Assembly: GCF_963921235.1 (NCBI RefSeq)
Contig: NC_086097.1
Location: forward strand, 148,678,001 to 148,742,000
Reading direction: 5' to 3'
DNA length: 64,000 bases
Origin: Mobula hypostoma
Taxonomy: Eukaryota
Part shown: positions 12,570 to 26,289 of the stretch, piece by piece
Layout: each line of letters opens with the position of its first letter
How positions within the stretch are numbered: the stretch's first letter is position 1
Notes under the pieces: generated by a model
The model's database searches: none
Told to the model about the DNA's origin: nothing
Seen by the model: only the letters and a program-made list of their open reading frames with translations
Program-made: the position numbers and the translations under genes

Positions 12570-13585
12570 AAGTGCTTCAGTGAAGAATGCATAGATTTGG
12601 AAAAAAAACCTAGATCAGACAGAGAATTGGTGAGATTGTAGGAAAGATAGAATAGGAATAATGACTACTATGTACTCAAATTGGAAGGATGTGACAAATG
12701 GTGATGCACAGGGATCTGTATAAAAGACATTTCTTTTCTCTATTTTTGTAAGTGACATGGATGAAGAAATACAGTGCAATGTATCTAAGTTTACTGCCAA
12801 CATTAAGTTCAGAGGCACAAAAGCAATGTAAGTGAAAGAAATATGTTGCAAAGGAACATTGATAAATTAAGTGAGTTCAAAAAACTGTTGACAGCTGGAG
12901 TTCCATGTAGGAAACCGTAAGGCTACTTACCTCACCTAAGAAAGATAGATTGAAGTATTTACTAAATAGTGAGAAGCTGAAAGGTGTAGATAAACATAGA
13001 GATTTAGGGATCCAGGTACAGAAATCACTACAACCTACTGGATAGGCACAAAGAATAATTAAAGGCTAATGGAATACTGACCTCTTTCTCAAGAGGGCTG
13101 GAAAAAAAGGAGCAGAATTTATATCTAGCTAGGTGCTGTCTGCAGAATTCAGTGTTGGACTAGTACCTCAGGAAGCATAGTTTAGAAAGGCACAGTGACG
13201 TATCAGGAAGATGATGCTTAGATTAATTAGGTCGATTCTGAGGATAAGCTGCATGGACTACAAGGATATTCTAACTGAAGTGTTCACAATGATTTCCTTT
13301 CATGGAGGAATCCAGAACAAAGAAGCATTAGTTGAAGGTAAGAATTAATCCATTTGGAAAGTAGAAAAGGAGGATGGAAACATCAAACTTTCTCCCTCAA
13401 AAAGCTGTTAAGATTAATCTAAAAGAAAATTTCAAAAGTGTGAATGTAAGAGTTTTGTTTGGCAATAATAATTATGGATTCAAGTCAGGAAGATGGAGTT
13501 AACATACAAAGCCATTATAACCAAATTAAATGATTGAGCATTCTTGAGAGACTGAACAGTCCATTCTCATTCCTATGACCCTTAT
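12570..13585 (+). mobile_element. Ancient CR1 LINE fragment
   Basis: Degenerate VTNGDAQGSV and SKFTAN (KFADD-like) motifs; CR1-like 3' end ...cattcctatgacccttatg. Confidence 0.65.
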
Positions 13586-14059
13586 GTGCATCTATATAGA
13601 AAACAAAGTTGTGTCTTGTGTGTTTTAATGTAGATAAATGACATACAAGTTCCAAGAATCTGAATAACCAATCAGCATATTTAGAATGCTGATTTTAATT
13701 AAAGGAAGATTTCCTTTGTTCTTTTGTGTCCCTCACACTTGTCCCCCAAGTCTTGTTTTCCTACTTGGTATACTGAGATGCCATGAGATAAACAAAGAGC
13801 TTCCTGCAACAGATCTTAATAGAGCGCAACGTGTTCCCCCGGTAAGAAGCTTATAGCTTCAATTGCACTAATCAACTGACCAATGTCAGTTAAGTGAAAA
13901 TCTTCCTGAGGTGCCAAGTTAATAAATACTATATCTCTTTTAACAGAGCTTAATGGGTTGGTTGGTTGATCTGATGTGTTCTTTGATTTGGGGTTCTCTA
14001 GTCATTTAGCATCCATTAGTGGAGCAGGTGGTCACGTATTCCATGTATTGTTTACATTA

Positions 14060-14652
14060 CAGGTGTGCATCACTTAACGTCCATTCGGACAAGGTCCGAT
14101 CGCGTATACATCCGTAGTCCCAACCGCAGACATAACCAATCTCATGTATCATGTGTCTCTTGAGTGTAGTAGTATTATCTCTCTGTTTAATTTTCTTTTG
14201 AAAATATTACCGTAAAGTGCGTCATGGCTTCCAAACGCAGCAAAACCACTCCTAGTGATAGCAGCAGCAAGAGGTAAAGGAAAAGTATTGACTTGGAAGT
14301 GAAACAATAGGTTATTAAACAATATGAAGGTGGAAAACCAGTGAATGCTATTGCTCGGGATTTAGGCATGTCGGCCTCGACAATCACGACTTATCCTGAA
14401 AAACAAAGAAAAAATTCTCGAAGCTGTTAATAAGGATCGGCTTCACTGAAAACTACAAGGCTCATGAAAATGTGAGAGGGGCCTATATCAGATATGGAGA
14501 AATTGCTAATGACGTGGACTTAGTCAATACAGGTACACTGCAGTACTCCATATAGGTTTGCTAAGTATATAACATGGTGTTCACACAATGTCCAAATCAC
14601 ATAACGTCCGATTTCACAGAACGTATCGTGGACGTTAAGTGACGCATACCTG
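14060..14652 (+). mobile_element. Tigger/pogo-type DNA transposon, internally deleted (Tigger3/Golem-like ends)
   Basis: 24-bp TIRs CAGGTGTGCATCACTTAACGTCCA / reverse complement CAGGTATGCGTCACTTAACGTCCA; TA on both sides; disrupted transposase N-terminus from ATG 14224 (RKSIDLEVK..GKPVNAIARDLGMSASTI, CENP-B-type HTH). Confidence 0.92.
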
Positions 14653-15129
14653 TATTTTAAAGGCTGTTTGACAAGGGAAGTCAAACTAGAGTTTTCGACT
14701 GTAGGGTCAGTGATGAAGAGTTCATTGAAAGCTAACAGCTCATTGCCAACCTGCAACTAATGGCTTCCCAGTCTGAAAAGCAATGTTCACTCTAGGAGCC
14801 TTCCAGGACCAACCAGCTAACATAGTGGGTCCAGCACTTTGCATTCATCAACTTAATACTGAGGGCCTGATCAGATAAAAATGAGTTTGCTAGAGCTTAT
14901 CAAGAAGAGCAGCACAATGGAATTTGTTTTTAAACCATTCCAGCAAGTACCCATCACAAATATGATGGGCTGTATAGTGACCTATTTTGATGCATGTGTA
15001 TATGTTTCACGAATTCATTAGGATGTAAGTGGCTTTACGCTATCCATTTTTGGACAGTATGCACTTCCTGAAAATCACTCCAGGAAACTCAAAGCTAAGG
15101 TGACCATCAAGAACTCATTTACAATAATC

Positions 15130-15920
15130 GCAGTTTTTTCTCCCTACATTCCCGTAAACTCTCTCCAGATTCTACCACTTACGTATGCAAGAAGGCAATT
15201 CAGAGTAGCAACTTGCATGTCTTTGGGATATGGGAGAGAACCAGAGTATCTGTCATCGGCAATAATAAAATAACTGGATCCAGAACACATGCATTCAAGC
15301 ATTCTTTTTATTTTTATTTGTGCACAAGGAGAACAGCATGGGCCCTGTCACACACACTGTTCTGGTCGGAACAAGAAACTGCTATTATTATACAGAATTG
15401 GCTTATCAGTTACAGATATTCATCATTGTATATTGCATATGATTGTATTCCTCACTCGCAAGATCAATCAACCTTCATAATACAGGTATTAAAGTCAATC
15501 GAAACTCCAAGTGGACAGGCGATGATATTTTCAAGTTAGTAACGACAATCGAACCGTAGTTGTTTGGTATGTTTCACATCTTTCTGTTATCTCTTCTATT
15601 TCCAGCATCCCCTTATTGTGTAAAGGGATGCTATGTTTTAGGAAGACCTTTCTGAAAAGTCTCACTAGAGGGGCCTCATTCATTTGGCTTGAATACACAC
15701 TACCAGCCTACCTTGTCTGTAGTAAGCAGAGGTATCTCCAGAGGTCTCAGTTCACAGGTCTCTCTTGACTACAACTCCCCCAGGCCATTCTTGCCTTACT
15801 GCTATGTCCACGTATCCAAGGAAACTCACTTACTCTCAGAGAGAACTTGAAAACTCCACACAGGCAGCATTGGAGGTCAGGCAAGAACTCAGGTCATTGG
15901 ACCTGTGAGGCAGCAGCTCT
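15130..15920 (-). mobile_element. V-SINE split by an LTR-like insertion
   Basis: gcatgtctttgggatatgggagagaaccagagtatc (to 15250) continues as ...aggaaactcac...aaactccacacaggcagc after ~15813. Confidence 0.65.
15251..15812 (-). mobile_element. Probable solo LTR (~560 bp)
   Basis: Interrupts a SINE; begins TGT and ends ...GTCCA(CG); (G)TATC duplicated on both sides; minus-strand AATAAA near 15306-15318. Confidence 0.55.
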
Positions 15921-16389
15921 GGGGGATCTTAAGAATTGCAGGTACAAGAGGAAAACTGATATCACGTAGAGTTACCATATGAACTAATATTGATATTAAT
16001 ATCATGTTAGATTCCATTACAAAAGCTTGTTATTTTTATCCTTTGAATCATCTGATAGAAACTCTGTGTCAGTCAATTTGGCTTAGACCTCTGAAGGTGA
16101 TCTGTTTTAAATTTGAAGTTGATGATGAAGGAAAATGTAAACAAATTGTTCACTGTGAGGAAGGGTTCAAATACATAGGGAGGGTAATTAATAGGAAGGT
16201 GGGACTAAAACGGTAAATCAGCTGGAAGCTTGCTTCCAAAGTGTGTGTATGCTGCAAGGGCATAGCAGTGAAATATGTATTGAAGACATCAAATTGCTGA
16301 AAAAGAGGTATGATGAGTACCTGGCCAACTAGGAGAGGATGGTTACTAGAGTTTAACGGGCTTTCCAGTTCATCGAGACTCATATATAA

Positions 16390-17872
16390 TTTTATAAAAA
16401 TACAGAAAGTATTAGCCTTCGTGTGCATTGAGGTGGTTAAATCTCCAGGGCCTGACTGAGTATATCCTCCAGCATCATGAGTAGCTAGGAGCGAAATTGC
16501 AGAAGCCTTTGCGGAGATATTTGCTTCATCATTAGCTGCTGGTGAAGTTGTGGACAACTGGAAGGTGGCAAACATTGTTCTGTTATTTAAAAAGGGAAGC
16601 AAGGACAAGCTAGAGACTACAGGCCATTCAGTCCAACATCAGTGGTGGAGAAGATGCTGGAGGGAATTCTGAAGAACAGGACCTACAAGCATTTGGAAGG
16701 GAAGAATCTAATTAGGAGCAGTCAGCAAGGGTTTGTGCATGGCATGACTGTTTGATTAATCTTTTAGCATTTTTGTAGAGGTAACCAAAAGGGTAGGTGA
16801 GGGTAGGGTGGTGGTTGTTGTCTATTTGGAGGTTAGCAAGTGCCTTCAACAACATCCCACATGGCAAGCTGATCTGGAAGGTTAGGTCCCATGGAATCCA
16901 GGAAGAGCTAGATAAGTGGATTTTAAATTGGCTCAGAGGTAGGAAGCAGAAGGAGGTGGGTGAAAGTGGTTTCTCAGAATGGAGAAGTGTGACCAGTGGT
17001 GTGCCACAGGGGTCAGTTATGGGACCCTTGTAATTCATTATATATGTAAGTAATTTGGTCAGCAAGTTTGTTGATGGCACAAAATTAGGAGATGTTGGTG
17101 ATAGTGAAAAGATTATTGTACATTACAGGGGTACCTTAATCAGTTAAGGAAGTGGGCTAAGGAGTGGTAAATGCATTTCAATGAAGTATGAGGAAGTATG
17201 TTTTGGAAAATCAAACTAAAGTAGACAAAGACTATAAATGGTAGAGTACTAGGGAGTGTATCGGAACAGAGGAACAAGTGCATGGTTCATTGAAAGAGGA
17301 ATCACAGGTAGACAGGACGACAAAAAGCTTGTTTAGCATACTGGCCTTCAACAGATAGGGCACTGAGTGTAGGAGTTGGGATATTATATTGCAGATGTAC
17401 AGGTCATGGGTGAGACTGCACTGGGAGTACTGTGCACAGCTTTGGTCACCCTGTTATAGGAAAGACGTGGTTAAACTAGAGAGCCTGAGTTACATGAAGG
17501 GATTTGCTAGGTTAGGCCTTTGTTCCTTGGGACTTAGAAAAGTGTTTAAAATTATGAAAGATTAGGTAAGGTGGATGGTAACAGTCTTTTGCCTTGGGTA
17601 GAGGAGTACAAAGCCATGGGGCATAGATTTAAGGTGAGAGGGAAAAGATTTAAAATGGGCATGAGGGACATCTTCACAGAGAAGGTGGTGAGTATATGGA
17701 ATGAGCTTCCAGAGGAAGTAATTGAGGCAGGTACAACAGTTTAATTTAGAAGCACTTAGAGGAGAGGGGCCTGGAGTCATTTGGACCAAAACTAGAAAAT
17801 TGGAACTAGCTGGTTGGAGAACCTGGATGGTGTGGACTCATTGGGTCAAAAGGCCTGTATCCATGCTGTATT
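16390..17872 (+). mobile_element. CR1 LINE, degenerate RT plus 3' UTR
   Basis: KSPGPD, LFKKGS, SHGIQEELDKWILNWLRGRKQ, VTSGVPQGSVMGPL; 3' end aaggcctgtatccatgctgta. Confidence 0.88.
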
Positions 17873-18231
17873 GTCTACACTATTGACTTCTGCAGCTTCT
17901 TCAAATCCTCTGTTCTTAGTATGGGTTAAACTTCATCTTCTTCCCCTCAACTACTACTCTACTAATTCTGTTTTCAGCATTATCTCTGGAAGACCTTTTA
18001 TGCTCTAATACTTCTTTGGACTAAAGTAAATGTCTTCGGCTTTACCTTTCCATTATTTTATTGATAATATTAATTTCACAACCACCAGTTTATGACTCAT
18101 TGACCACTGGTGGGAGAATTATCTTTTGGGTGAGAATATTCTACAGCATTAGTCAAAGAACAGAAGAATTTGTCTTGTACCCCGGTCAACAGTTATTATG
18201 CAAAACACAATACAAATTAAAAGGCTTCTAA

Positions 18232-20420
18232 GTTCAAAGTTCAAAGTAAATTTATTATTAAAGTGTATATATGTCACCATATACCAACTCTGAGATTCAG
18301 TTTCTTGCAGGATTACACAGTAAATGCAAGAAACACAATAGAAGCAATGAAAAACTGCACCCAACAGACAAATAACCAATGTGCAAAAAACATCAAACTG
18401 TGCAAACACAAATGAAAAAATAATTATAACATAAATAAATAAGCAATAAATATTAAGAACATGAGATGAAGAGTCCTTGAAAGTGAGTCCATAGGGTGTG
18501 GGAACAGTTCAGTGATGTGGTGAGTAAAGCTGTGTGAGGTTATCCCACTGGTTCAAGAGCCTGATGGTTGATAACTGTTCCTGAACCTGGCTGTGTGGGT
18601 CCTGAGGCTCCTCTACCTTCTTCTTGATGGCAGCAGCAAGTTGAAAACATGGCCTGAGTGGTGGGGATTCTTGATGAAGGATGCTGTCGTTCTGCAATAG
18701 TGCTCTGTGTAGATATGCTCAATGGTGGGGAGGGCTTTCCCTGTGATGGACTGCACTACTTTATGTAGGATTTTCCATTCAAGGGCATTGATGTTTCCAT
18801 ACCAAGCCATGATGCAACCAGTCAATATACTCTCCACCACACATCTATAAATGTTTGTCAAAGTTTTAGATGTCATCCTGACTCAGCAAACTTATTAGGA
18901 AGTAGAGGTACTGCTGTGCTTCTTTCATAATGCCACATGTGATGGGCCTAGGACAGATCCTCTGAAATGATAACACCAAGAAATTTAATGTTGGTAACCT
19001 TCTCCACTTCTGATCCCCTGATGAGGAATGGCTTACAGACCACTGGTTTCCTTCTCATGGCATCAATAACCAGCTCCTTGATCTTGCTGATATTGAATAA
19101 GAGGTTGTTGCTATGGCACCACTCAGCCAGGTTTTCAATTTCCCTCCTACAATTTATGCAGATCCGTCCACACTTTTATTTCGGCCAATGACTGTCAACA
19201 AACTTAAATATGGCATTGGAGCTGTGTTTCTCCTCACAGTAATACGTATAAAGTGAGTAGAGCAGCAGGCTGAGCATACCCGCTTGTGGTGCACCTGTGC
19301 TGATAGAGATTGAGGAGGAAATGTTGCCAGTCTAAACTGACTGGGGTCTACAAGTGAGGAAATCAAGCTTAAATTGCACAAGGAGGTATTGAAGCTTATT
19401 GATTAATAGTGAGGGATGATGGTATTGAATGCCGAGCTGTAGTCGATGAAGAGCATCCTGATCTTGTCACAACCACGGCTTCGGCAGCGCAGTAGATACG
19501 GCAATTGCACTTGTGAATATGCACGCGTCGGCTAATTATTATTTAATCATGATAATATTTAACTCCATACTTGTCATAGTGCTTGTCAAGACTTGGACAT
19601 AACTACGCTTCGTTATCTGCATTCTGCCTTGCCTGAGAAATTGGACGGTTGAGTTAACTGACTGTGAAGACTAGTGGTATTCGTTTTATTCTTAGTTGTT
19701 CTTTTCAGCTGCAGTGTAGGCTTCGTTTTCCGTTTGAGTGTTTTAGTCAACAGCCCTGTTTGACCTAGCATTTATTGTTTTCTTTTTCCTTTAATATTGT
19801 TCGCATTAAAGTCTGTGAGCTATCAACCTGCTTCAGTGTCTCTCACTCCGCACTTGGGCCATATCTGAACCTCGGTGACAGATGTATGCATCTTCACTGC
19901 CCAGATGTTCCTGGGTTGAGTGAAGAGCCAATAAAATGCTATCTGCTGTGAACCTGTAATGATATTAGGCAAATTGGAGTAGATCCAAGTCACTTCTCAA
20001 GCCGGAGTTGATAGGTTTCATCACCAGCCTCTCAAAGGACTTCAGCACAGTGGGATGTCAGTGCTACTGGACAATAGTTCTTGAGGCAGGTTATTATGTT
20101 CTTCTTAGGCACCGGTGTAAGTGAGGAATGCTTGAAGTAGGTGGGTACGTAAGACTGCTGAAGTGAAAAGTTAAAGATATCGATGAACACTCCAGCCAGT
20201 CGTTTAGCATGGGTCTTTAGTACTCAGAGCTGGATGCTTTCTATGGACTCACTCTCCTGAAGGATGTTCTCACCTCGGCCTCAGAGACAGAAATCACAGG
20301 GTCGTCGAGGGCTATGATAGCCAAAGCAAGCATAGAAGGCATTGAGCTCATTTGGGAGCAAAGACTTGTTGTTGGCTATATTGCTTGGTTTCACTTTGTA
20401 AGAGGTAATAGCATTCAAGA
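18232..20420 (-). mobile_element. Rex1/Babar LINE, degenerate, interrupted by a solo LTR
   Basis: [38 protein letters not shown] at ~19415-19460; (aacttg/aacttt)n tail at 18232-18247. Confidence 0.88.
19465..19880 (+). mobile_element. Solo LTR (416 bp)
   Basis: TGTCAC...GTGACA inverted termini; 5-bp TSD GATCT/GATGT; removing it restores the Rex1 DAYIRMLFID motif; ATTAAA at ~19805. Confidence 0.85.
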
Positions 20421-21429
20421 TCTTGGTATTTATGCCAAGGTATTTACACCAAAAACCAATGGATGAAACTCTGCATAAATAACTTCCACTTTTCTTTTAT
20501 TGAAACAGTGTTATATTTCAGCTATAAAATTCCTTGGGTGATCTTGAGTTATAACTTTTAGTAATTTATGTCACTTTTCATTATTCACCATTGCCTTAAT
20601 GGCATTTTATGCATCAGACTACAAGATCTCATCTTGAAACCTCAATAAAATGATGCACAGAGAATTAGGAATCCATAATTATTATCCCTTGAAATCCTGA
20701 TTGTCTTCAACTTCAACTGCACACTTTAGCATCAGGCTCATCATTAAGCACTCAGGAATCAAAATTCAAAGTTCAAAGTAAATTTATTATTGAAGTATGT
20801 TTGTGTCACCATATACTACCCTGAGATTCATTTTTTTGCAGGCATTCATAGTTGGCAGATATTAGGAATAAGCTGAGATGGAGTTGGGATGGTGCACTGG
20901 GTGATGGTAAAAAAGGAAAGTTACATCAAACCAACAAGAAAAAAATCTACTTTCAACTAATTTCACCAATAATTTAAGAGATTTACGGTGTACACTAACT
21001 AAATAAATAGATTGTTTCAACCTTTCACCAAAATGATGAGAGTTTTCAAACATTCCAGTACATCAATGCTCTGTTTTTCTTTCTTTTTGCTGTTAAGTGA
21101 TCTGCTTTTCAATTTTGCAAAAGTCTCCTTCATGCTTAGCTAAGTAGTTTCCAGTTAAACATGTCTGCAGTTTTTCTTTTTTATTTTATAATGTTAATAT
21201 GTTTCATAGATTCAGATGCCTTAACCATAACCCTCCTGGGTTTATTTTGCTTAATATGTACTATCAGAGAGAAAATGCCTTCTGGACTTTTGTCTTAACA
21301 AAACTAAATGATAAGCAAATCCAACCACAAAGCAGCCACAATGTAAGGTTGTTATGCCTATCTACCCTCTGTCATCCATTGAGATATCAATCAACATCAT
21401 CTTTGAAGTTCAAAACTCAACAGTACCTG

Positions 21430-21720
21430 TTATCTGGTAGACAAAGCAATACTCACCTCCGAGGTCATTAAGTTGCAGGTCCCAGTCCAGTAATGAAACA
21501 CATATCCTCGACTGATAACTCCAAGGAAGTATTGAGGGACACTCCACCGTCTTAAGAAGCTGTTTTTGAAACAAAAAATGAAAATGAGGTCTGCTCTTGG
21601 GAATGTAAATGACCCCATTATGCTAATTAAAAAGCCAGCTTCCTTGGACGATATATACACTCAATTTCAGTTCAGTGAAACCAGTTATCTCATTAGAGTT
21701 TGCCAGCTTACTTATGTTTC
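21430..21720 (+). mobile_element. Probable DeuSINE (SacSINE1/AmnSINE1-type) relic
   Basis: ctgataactccaaggaagtattgagggacactccaccgtc...gaatgtaaatgacccc...gatatatacactcaa follows the Deu-domain consensus as I recall it; not aligned computationally. Confidence 0.55.
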
Positions 21721-23877
21721 TTATTGTTCTGACTTCTCATCCAAAACTTATATTATATATTTTATACCATTCTGAGACTGAGAAGGTTGTAAATGTTGCT
21801 GTGAATAGGAGCAGAAGCAGGATCCCACCATGTCCAATATCTGCTATTCCAGAATGTCAGCCCTCTCTGGACGATGACCTTAATTTGGAACAAAATCAAT
21901 AAAATATACAATAGATCTAGTGGCACTGAAAGGGAAGACAAGTTAAAATGAAAGGTTAATCCCTTAACCTCATCCTATAAAGTTAAATTGTCTTTATTTT
22001 TAAATTTTGATAGACTTTTATATTTTTTCAGCATTGTTTGTTGTAGAGTCTGAGGGTTTGTAATTTTAATCCACAGCAGGATAAAGTGAATATATAACTT
22101 TGAATATCTTGCTGCTTTTTGACTTTATTCTACCTTGTCAGCTGACAAAGCTATAGAATGGGTGTTTAACAAGTCATAGTGGTCAATGGCAGCCCACAGG
22201 CTCCAACTCCATTAGCTCACAATTAGAAATGAATGGCTATTGATCTACATATCGCCAGGAGCTGTTTCTGTGACAACATCTCCGTGTCCCCTTATCTTTC
22301 TAAAACTTCTACACCAAAAATACATTACCTAAAAACTCACCGAGTAAATCAGATGTTTGCAGATAATCACACTTTAACTCTGACAAAATCATCTGCTTAT
22401 AATGTTTCAGAAATGTCTGTGTTCGCCTCTATACAGTCTCTTCAAACTGCTATGAGCTTAAAGATTCCTTTCTGACTTTCTTATTACGCTGGGATCCATA
22501 TTCTGGTTCAACCCTGTCTATTCCTGTGTTTACATTATGATGATCGGTATTGGTCTAGCAGTTGAGTAACATGCAGACAAGGAGTCCTCGGTTTCTGTCA
22601 ATGTATGAAGCCTATTAGAACTTAAAAGAGGCTGCTGACATGAATTCTGGTCTTACAAGAGTTATTCACCGAATAGCTCTGGCTGTTGCATTTTGGTCTG
22701 CCCTCATCTTGTGTGTAATTCTGCTGAGCACTGAAATCATCTTGAGAGGAATAAAACTCTATCTCCATCCCTCTCGTCATTTACCTCAGCACTTTTATTT
22801 TCAGCTTTCTGCATCAACCCAAACAAAAGCCGGCAGTTTTTGAGATACTATTTTAAGACATACATATTCCTTTCCTAATTAATTGAATATTCTTTTCCCT
22901 TACGAGTCTACCTTTCCACTTTTAATTTGCTATTTTTAAAATCCCAAGCTGAATGTCTCCTAATTACTGGCTCCTGATTAACCCCTTCCTCCCCCTTACT
23001 GCTGCTAAGCCTTGAATATCCCCATGAACTTCTGATCACAAAATTTGAAAAGACATCTACACCAAAAAATAATCTGTTCCTCTCTGTTGTACTTAATAAA
23101 CCAGAGCAGAATGCTGAAAAGCATAGCCAAGATAAACTGTTAGGTCTTCTATTGACTGATGGGGGAGATAAAAAAATTGAAGATTGTGAAAATGATGACT
23201 TAAAGTGATTCATCAAGATCTGCCACTTGAGACAATATTCATGAATAAAGACTGTTAAGTATTGATGGTATAAAATACAGCTGTTTGCTGATAGCTACTA
23301 ATAGAATGTGTGTTATTGTAAATCCTTCATTTATCTAGCCTGGCACAAAATATTCTATTGTCTTAAGTAAGAACATAATTGTTCAGTTATCAGCTGCCCA
23401 GGAAATGAAGGTGAAATGAATAGTTGTTTACACCAGTGTACGATTTTTTAATCTCATCCTTCCTACTGCATGCAATTAAATTTCACTCATGTCTATTCTC
23501 GACCAGCCCTTGTGTTTTAATTTTTTAATTATATCTCCATTAATGCTTTGTATAATTTTTCAGAATGTTTTAATAGTTTAGCCACAGCTGTCATGATCAC
23601 CAAATCAGTTTACTTTTGTAGCTTTTTTCACTTCCTCAATGTAATTATAAATGGCATGATCTGTCTGAATGGCTCACAAAACAAAACTTTTCACTCCCTC
23701 TCAGTGCATGTGACAATCATAATCCAATACAAATACCAATACTATTACTGCATTCTGTAACAAATCAGTGGTACTAGTAAGTTACAGAATTGTAGCATAT
23801 AATCAGATGTGAAATTTGAACGTTGTGGCTGAACTGGAACATTCTAAAGAACGGAGACAAAGAGACAACTGTTTACA

Positions 23878-24030
23878 AACACCAGAAAATCTGCAAATGC
23901 TGAAAATCCAAAGCAACACACATAAAATACTGGAAGAACTCATCAGGTCAGGCAGCATTTATGGAAAAGATTAGATAGTCAATGTTTCAGGCCGAGACCC
24001 TTCTGCTGTCTGACCTGCTGAGTTCCTGAG
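23878..24030. mobile_element. Old PLE-end fold-back mini-element with a short right arm
   Basis: gaactcatcaggtcaggcagca...gagacccttc|tgctgtctgacctgctgagttc; flanks AACTGTTTACA / AAGTGTTTACA. Confidence 0.7.
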
Positions 24031-24529
24031 AAGTGTTTACATCCTTTTTTTGAGCAGGTGATAGTGGATAATCCAGAATAGATGAAAGTATTCTCATAGT
24101 CACAAGAGGAGAAACATTTAACATATCACAAAGATTTCAAATCAAACATGGAGAAATCATCAGATGCGCTACAAACAACTCATTACCAGTTTTTAACATA
24201 AAACCTGAAACAGAAAAATGATTGATATCTTCTTAATGGAGTCAAGAGTGTGAGCAAGTGTGAGCAGATAATTGCACTTTGGCAAAATTGACTCACTCAT
24301 CAAAGATCAGATTACTTGTGCAATGCAGGAACCCAGCTGGAGGAAATGGCTATTACAAGAAGCAGAGCTAACGTGAGATGTGTGCGTACCGTAGCTGTGA
24401 AGCTGTCCAAAGTCAGGCCAGAAATGCTTCATTGTCCTTTCTCTGGGAGGGGAGGAAATCACTTCATATTCCATCCATAGTCTGTGCACATGTATTAGAT
24501 TAGTATTTGACAAAGATTGGCCTTAACTG

Positions 24530-25660
24530 CATAAAAATAAAACATTACAGCAATGGATGGCCATTCAGCCCACAATGTTGTGCTGATCTTGATGCTGATT
24601 TATACAAACTGCCCTTATCCTGTTTATCACCAATATGCCTCTATTCTTGTCACATTCGTGCGCCTACCTAAATGCTTTTTTACTTATTTTATTTATTAAA
24701 ATTAGCGATACAGCACTGATATCTCTGCAAAGAGTAAGAATTTCAGGTTGTATACTGTATACATTCTCTGATATTAAATTGAACCATTTTTGATTTGAAC
24801 AGGCCCTGCACACCACCCAATTACACGTATGTGACCAACTAACCTACTAACCAGCACATCTTTGGAACGTGGGAGGAAACCTGACATCTGGAGGTAACCC
24901 ATATGGTCACGAGGAGAACATACGAACTCCTACAGACAGAGGTAGAATTGAACATGGGCTGCTGGTACTGTAATAATGTTACACTAACCGCTATGGTAGC
25001 GTGCCACCCAAATCGCCATCAAACTGCCTGATTCCACTGTTACCTGTTCCAGCCACCTACCACTGTCTGCATTAAAAATTTGCCCCTCACATCGTTTTCA
25101 AACACTCTTCCCAATCTTAAAAGCATGTCTTCTGGTGTTTGATGTTTCTATCTTGGGGAACAGAATCTGACTGTCTACACGATCTATACCTCTCATATTT
25201 AAAAAAAAAATCCTCTATCACGTTTCCCCTCACCCTTCTACATTCTAAGAACAACCCAAGTTTGTCTAACCTGTACTTATAGTTAATACCTTCTAATACA
25301 GGAAGAATCTGGTAACCTTCTTCTGCACCTTTTCCACAGTTTCCACATCCTTCTCATAGTGGGATGACTCAAACAGCACAGAATACTCCAGTTGTGGTCA
25401 GAATTAATTTTTATATAACTGCAACTTGACTTCCTTATTCCTATACTCCACACCTCTACCAATGAAGGAAAGCATGTCATATATATGCCTTTTCACTACC
25501 TTATCTATCTGCATAGCCACTTTCAGTGAACAATGGAGCCGGACCCTAAGATCCATCTGTACCTCAATACTATCAACGGGTCTAATGCTAACCTCCGATT
25601 TGACTTCCCGTAGTGCAACATTTCACACTTGCCCAGATTAAACTCTATCTGTCACTTCCC
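24530..25660 (-). mobile_element. CR1 LINE 3' part, carrying a nested V-SINE
   Basis: Minus-strand CR1 RT C-terminus and UTR, interrupted at ~24680-25010. Confidence 0.75.
24680..25010 (-). mobile_element. V-SINE containing an ~80-bp Rex1 3'-tail insertion (24720-24798)
   Basis: catctttggaacgtgggaggaaac...acccatatggtcacgaggagaacatacgaactcc; tRNA-like head near 24990-25008. Confidence 0.75.
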
Positions 25661-25664
25661 TGTA

Positions 25665-26005
25665 GACTCATCTACCTCCTCACCTTCGAGGACGTCTTCA
25701 AAAGGCAGTGCCTCAAAAAAACAACATCCATCATTAAGGGCCTCACCTTCCAGGAAATGCCCTTTTCTCATTACTACCATCAAGGAGGAGGTGAAAAAGC
25801 CTGAAGACCCACACTCAATGTTCTAGGAAGTTTCTTTCCCTCTGCCATCAGATTTCTGATCTGTCCATTAAGTCATGAACACTACCTCGCTGTTCCTCTT
25901 TTGCACATTTTTATTTATTCTTTTAATTGTAACAGAATACGTTATGCCTTCACTGTACTGCTGCCACAATACAACAAATTTCAGGACTTATCTCAGTTTT
26001 GATTC
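25665..26005 (+). mobile_element. Rex1/Babar 3' fragment
   Basis: FEDVFKRQCLKKTTSIIK, followed by a Rex1-type UTR. Confidence 0.7.
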
Positions 26006-26289
26006 TTTACCCATACCATCTCCATCCCACTGTATTCTTAGATAATCCTATACACTGTGCACAACTCCACTAATCCTCATGCAATCCACTGATTTGCAAA
26101 TCCACCCATTTACATTTTCATTACATAAATAATATATATCACAAACAACAGAGATTCCAGCACCAATCCTTGCAGAACACCATTAGTCACTGACCTCCAA
26201 CCAAATATAACAGTCTTCCACCCTTACTCTCTGTATTCCACAGGTAAGCCAGTTCCACATCCAAACTTGCATTTTATGCATTATCTTAA

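Noticed and set aside
13733..13750. TCACACTTGTCCCC also present at ~50287
   Set aside because: A 14-nt match is expected by chance in 64 kb, and the flanks do not extend
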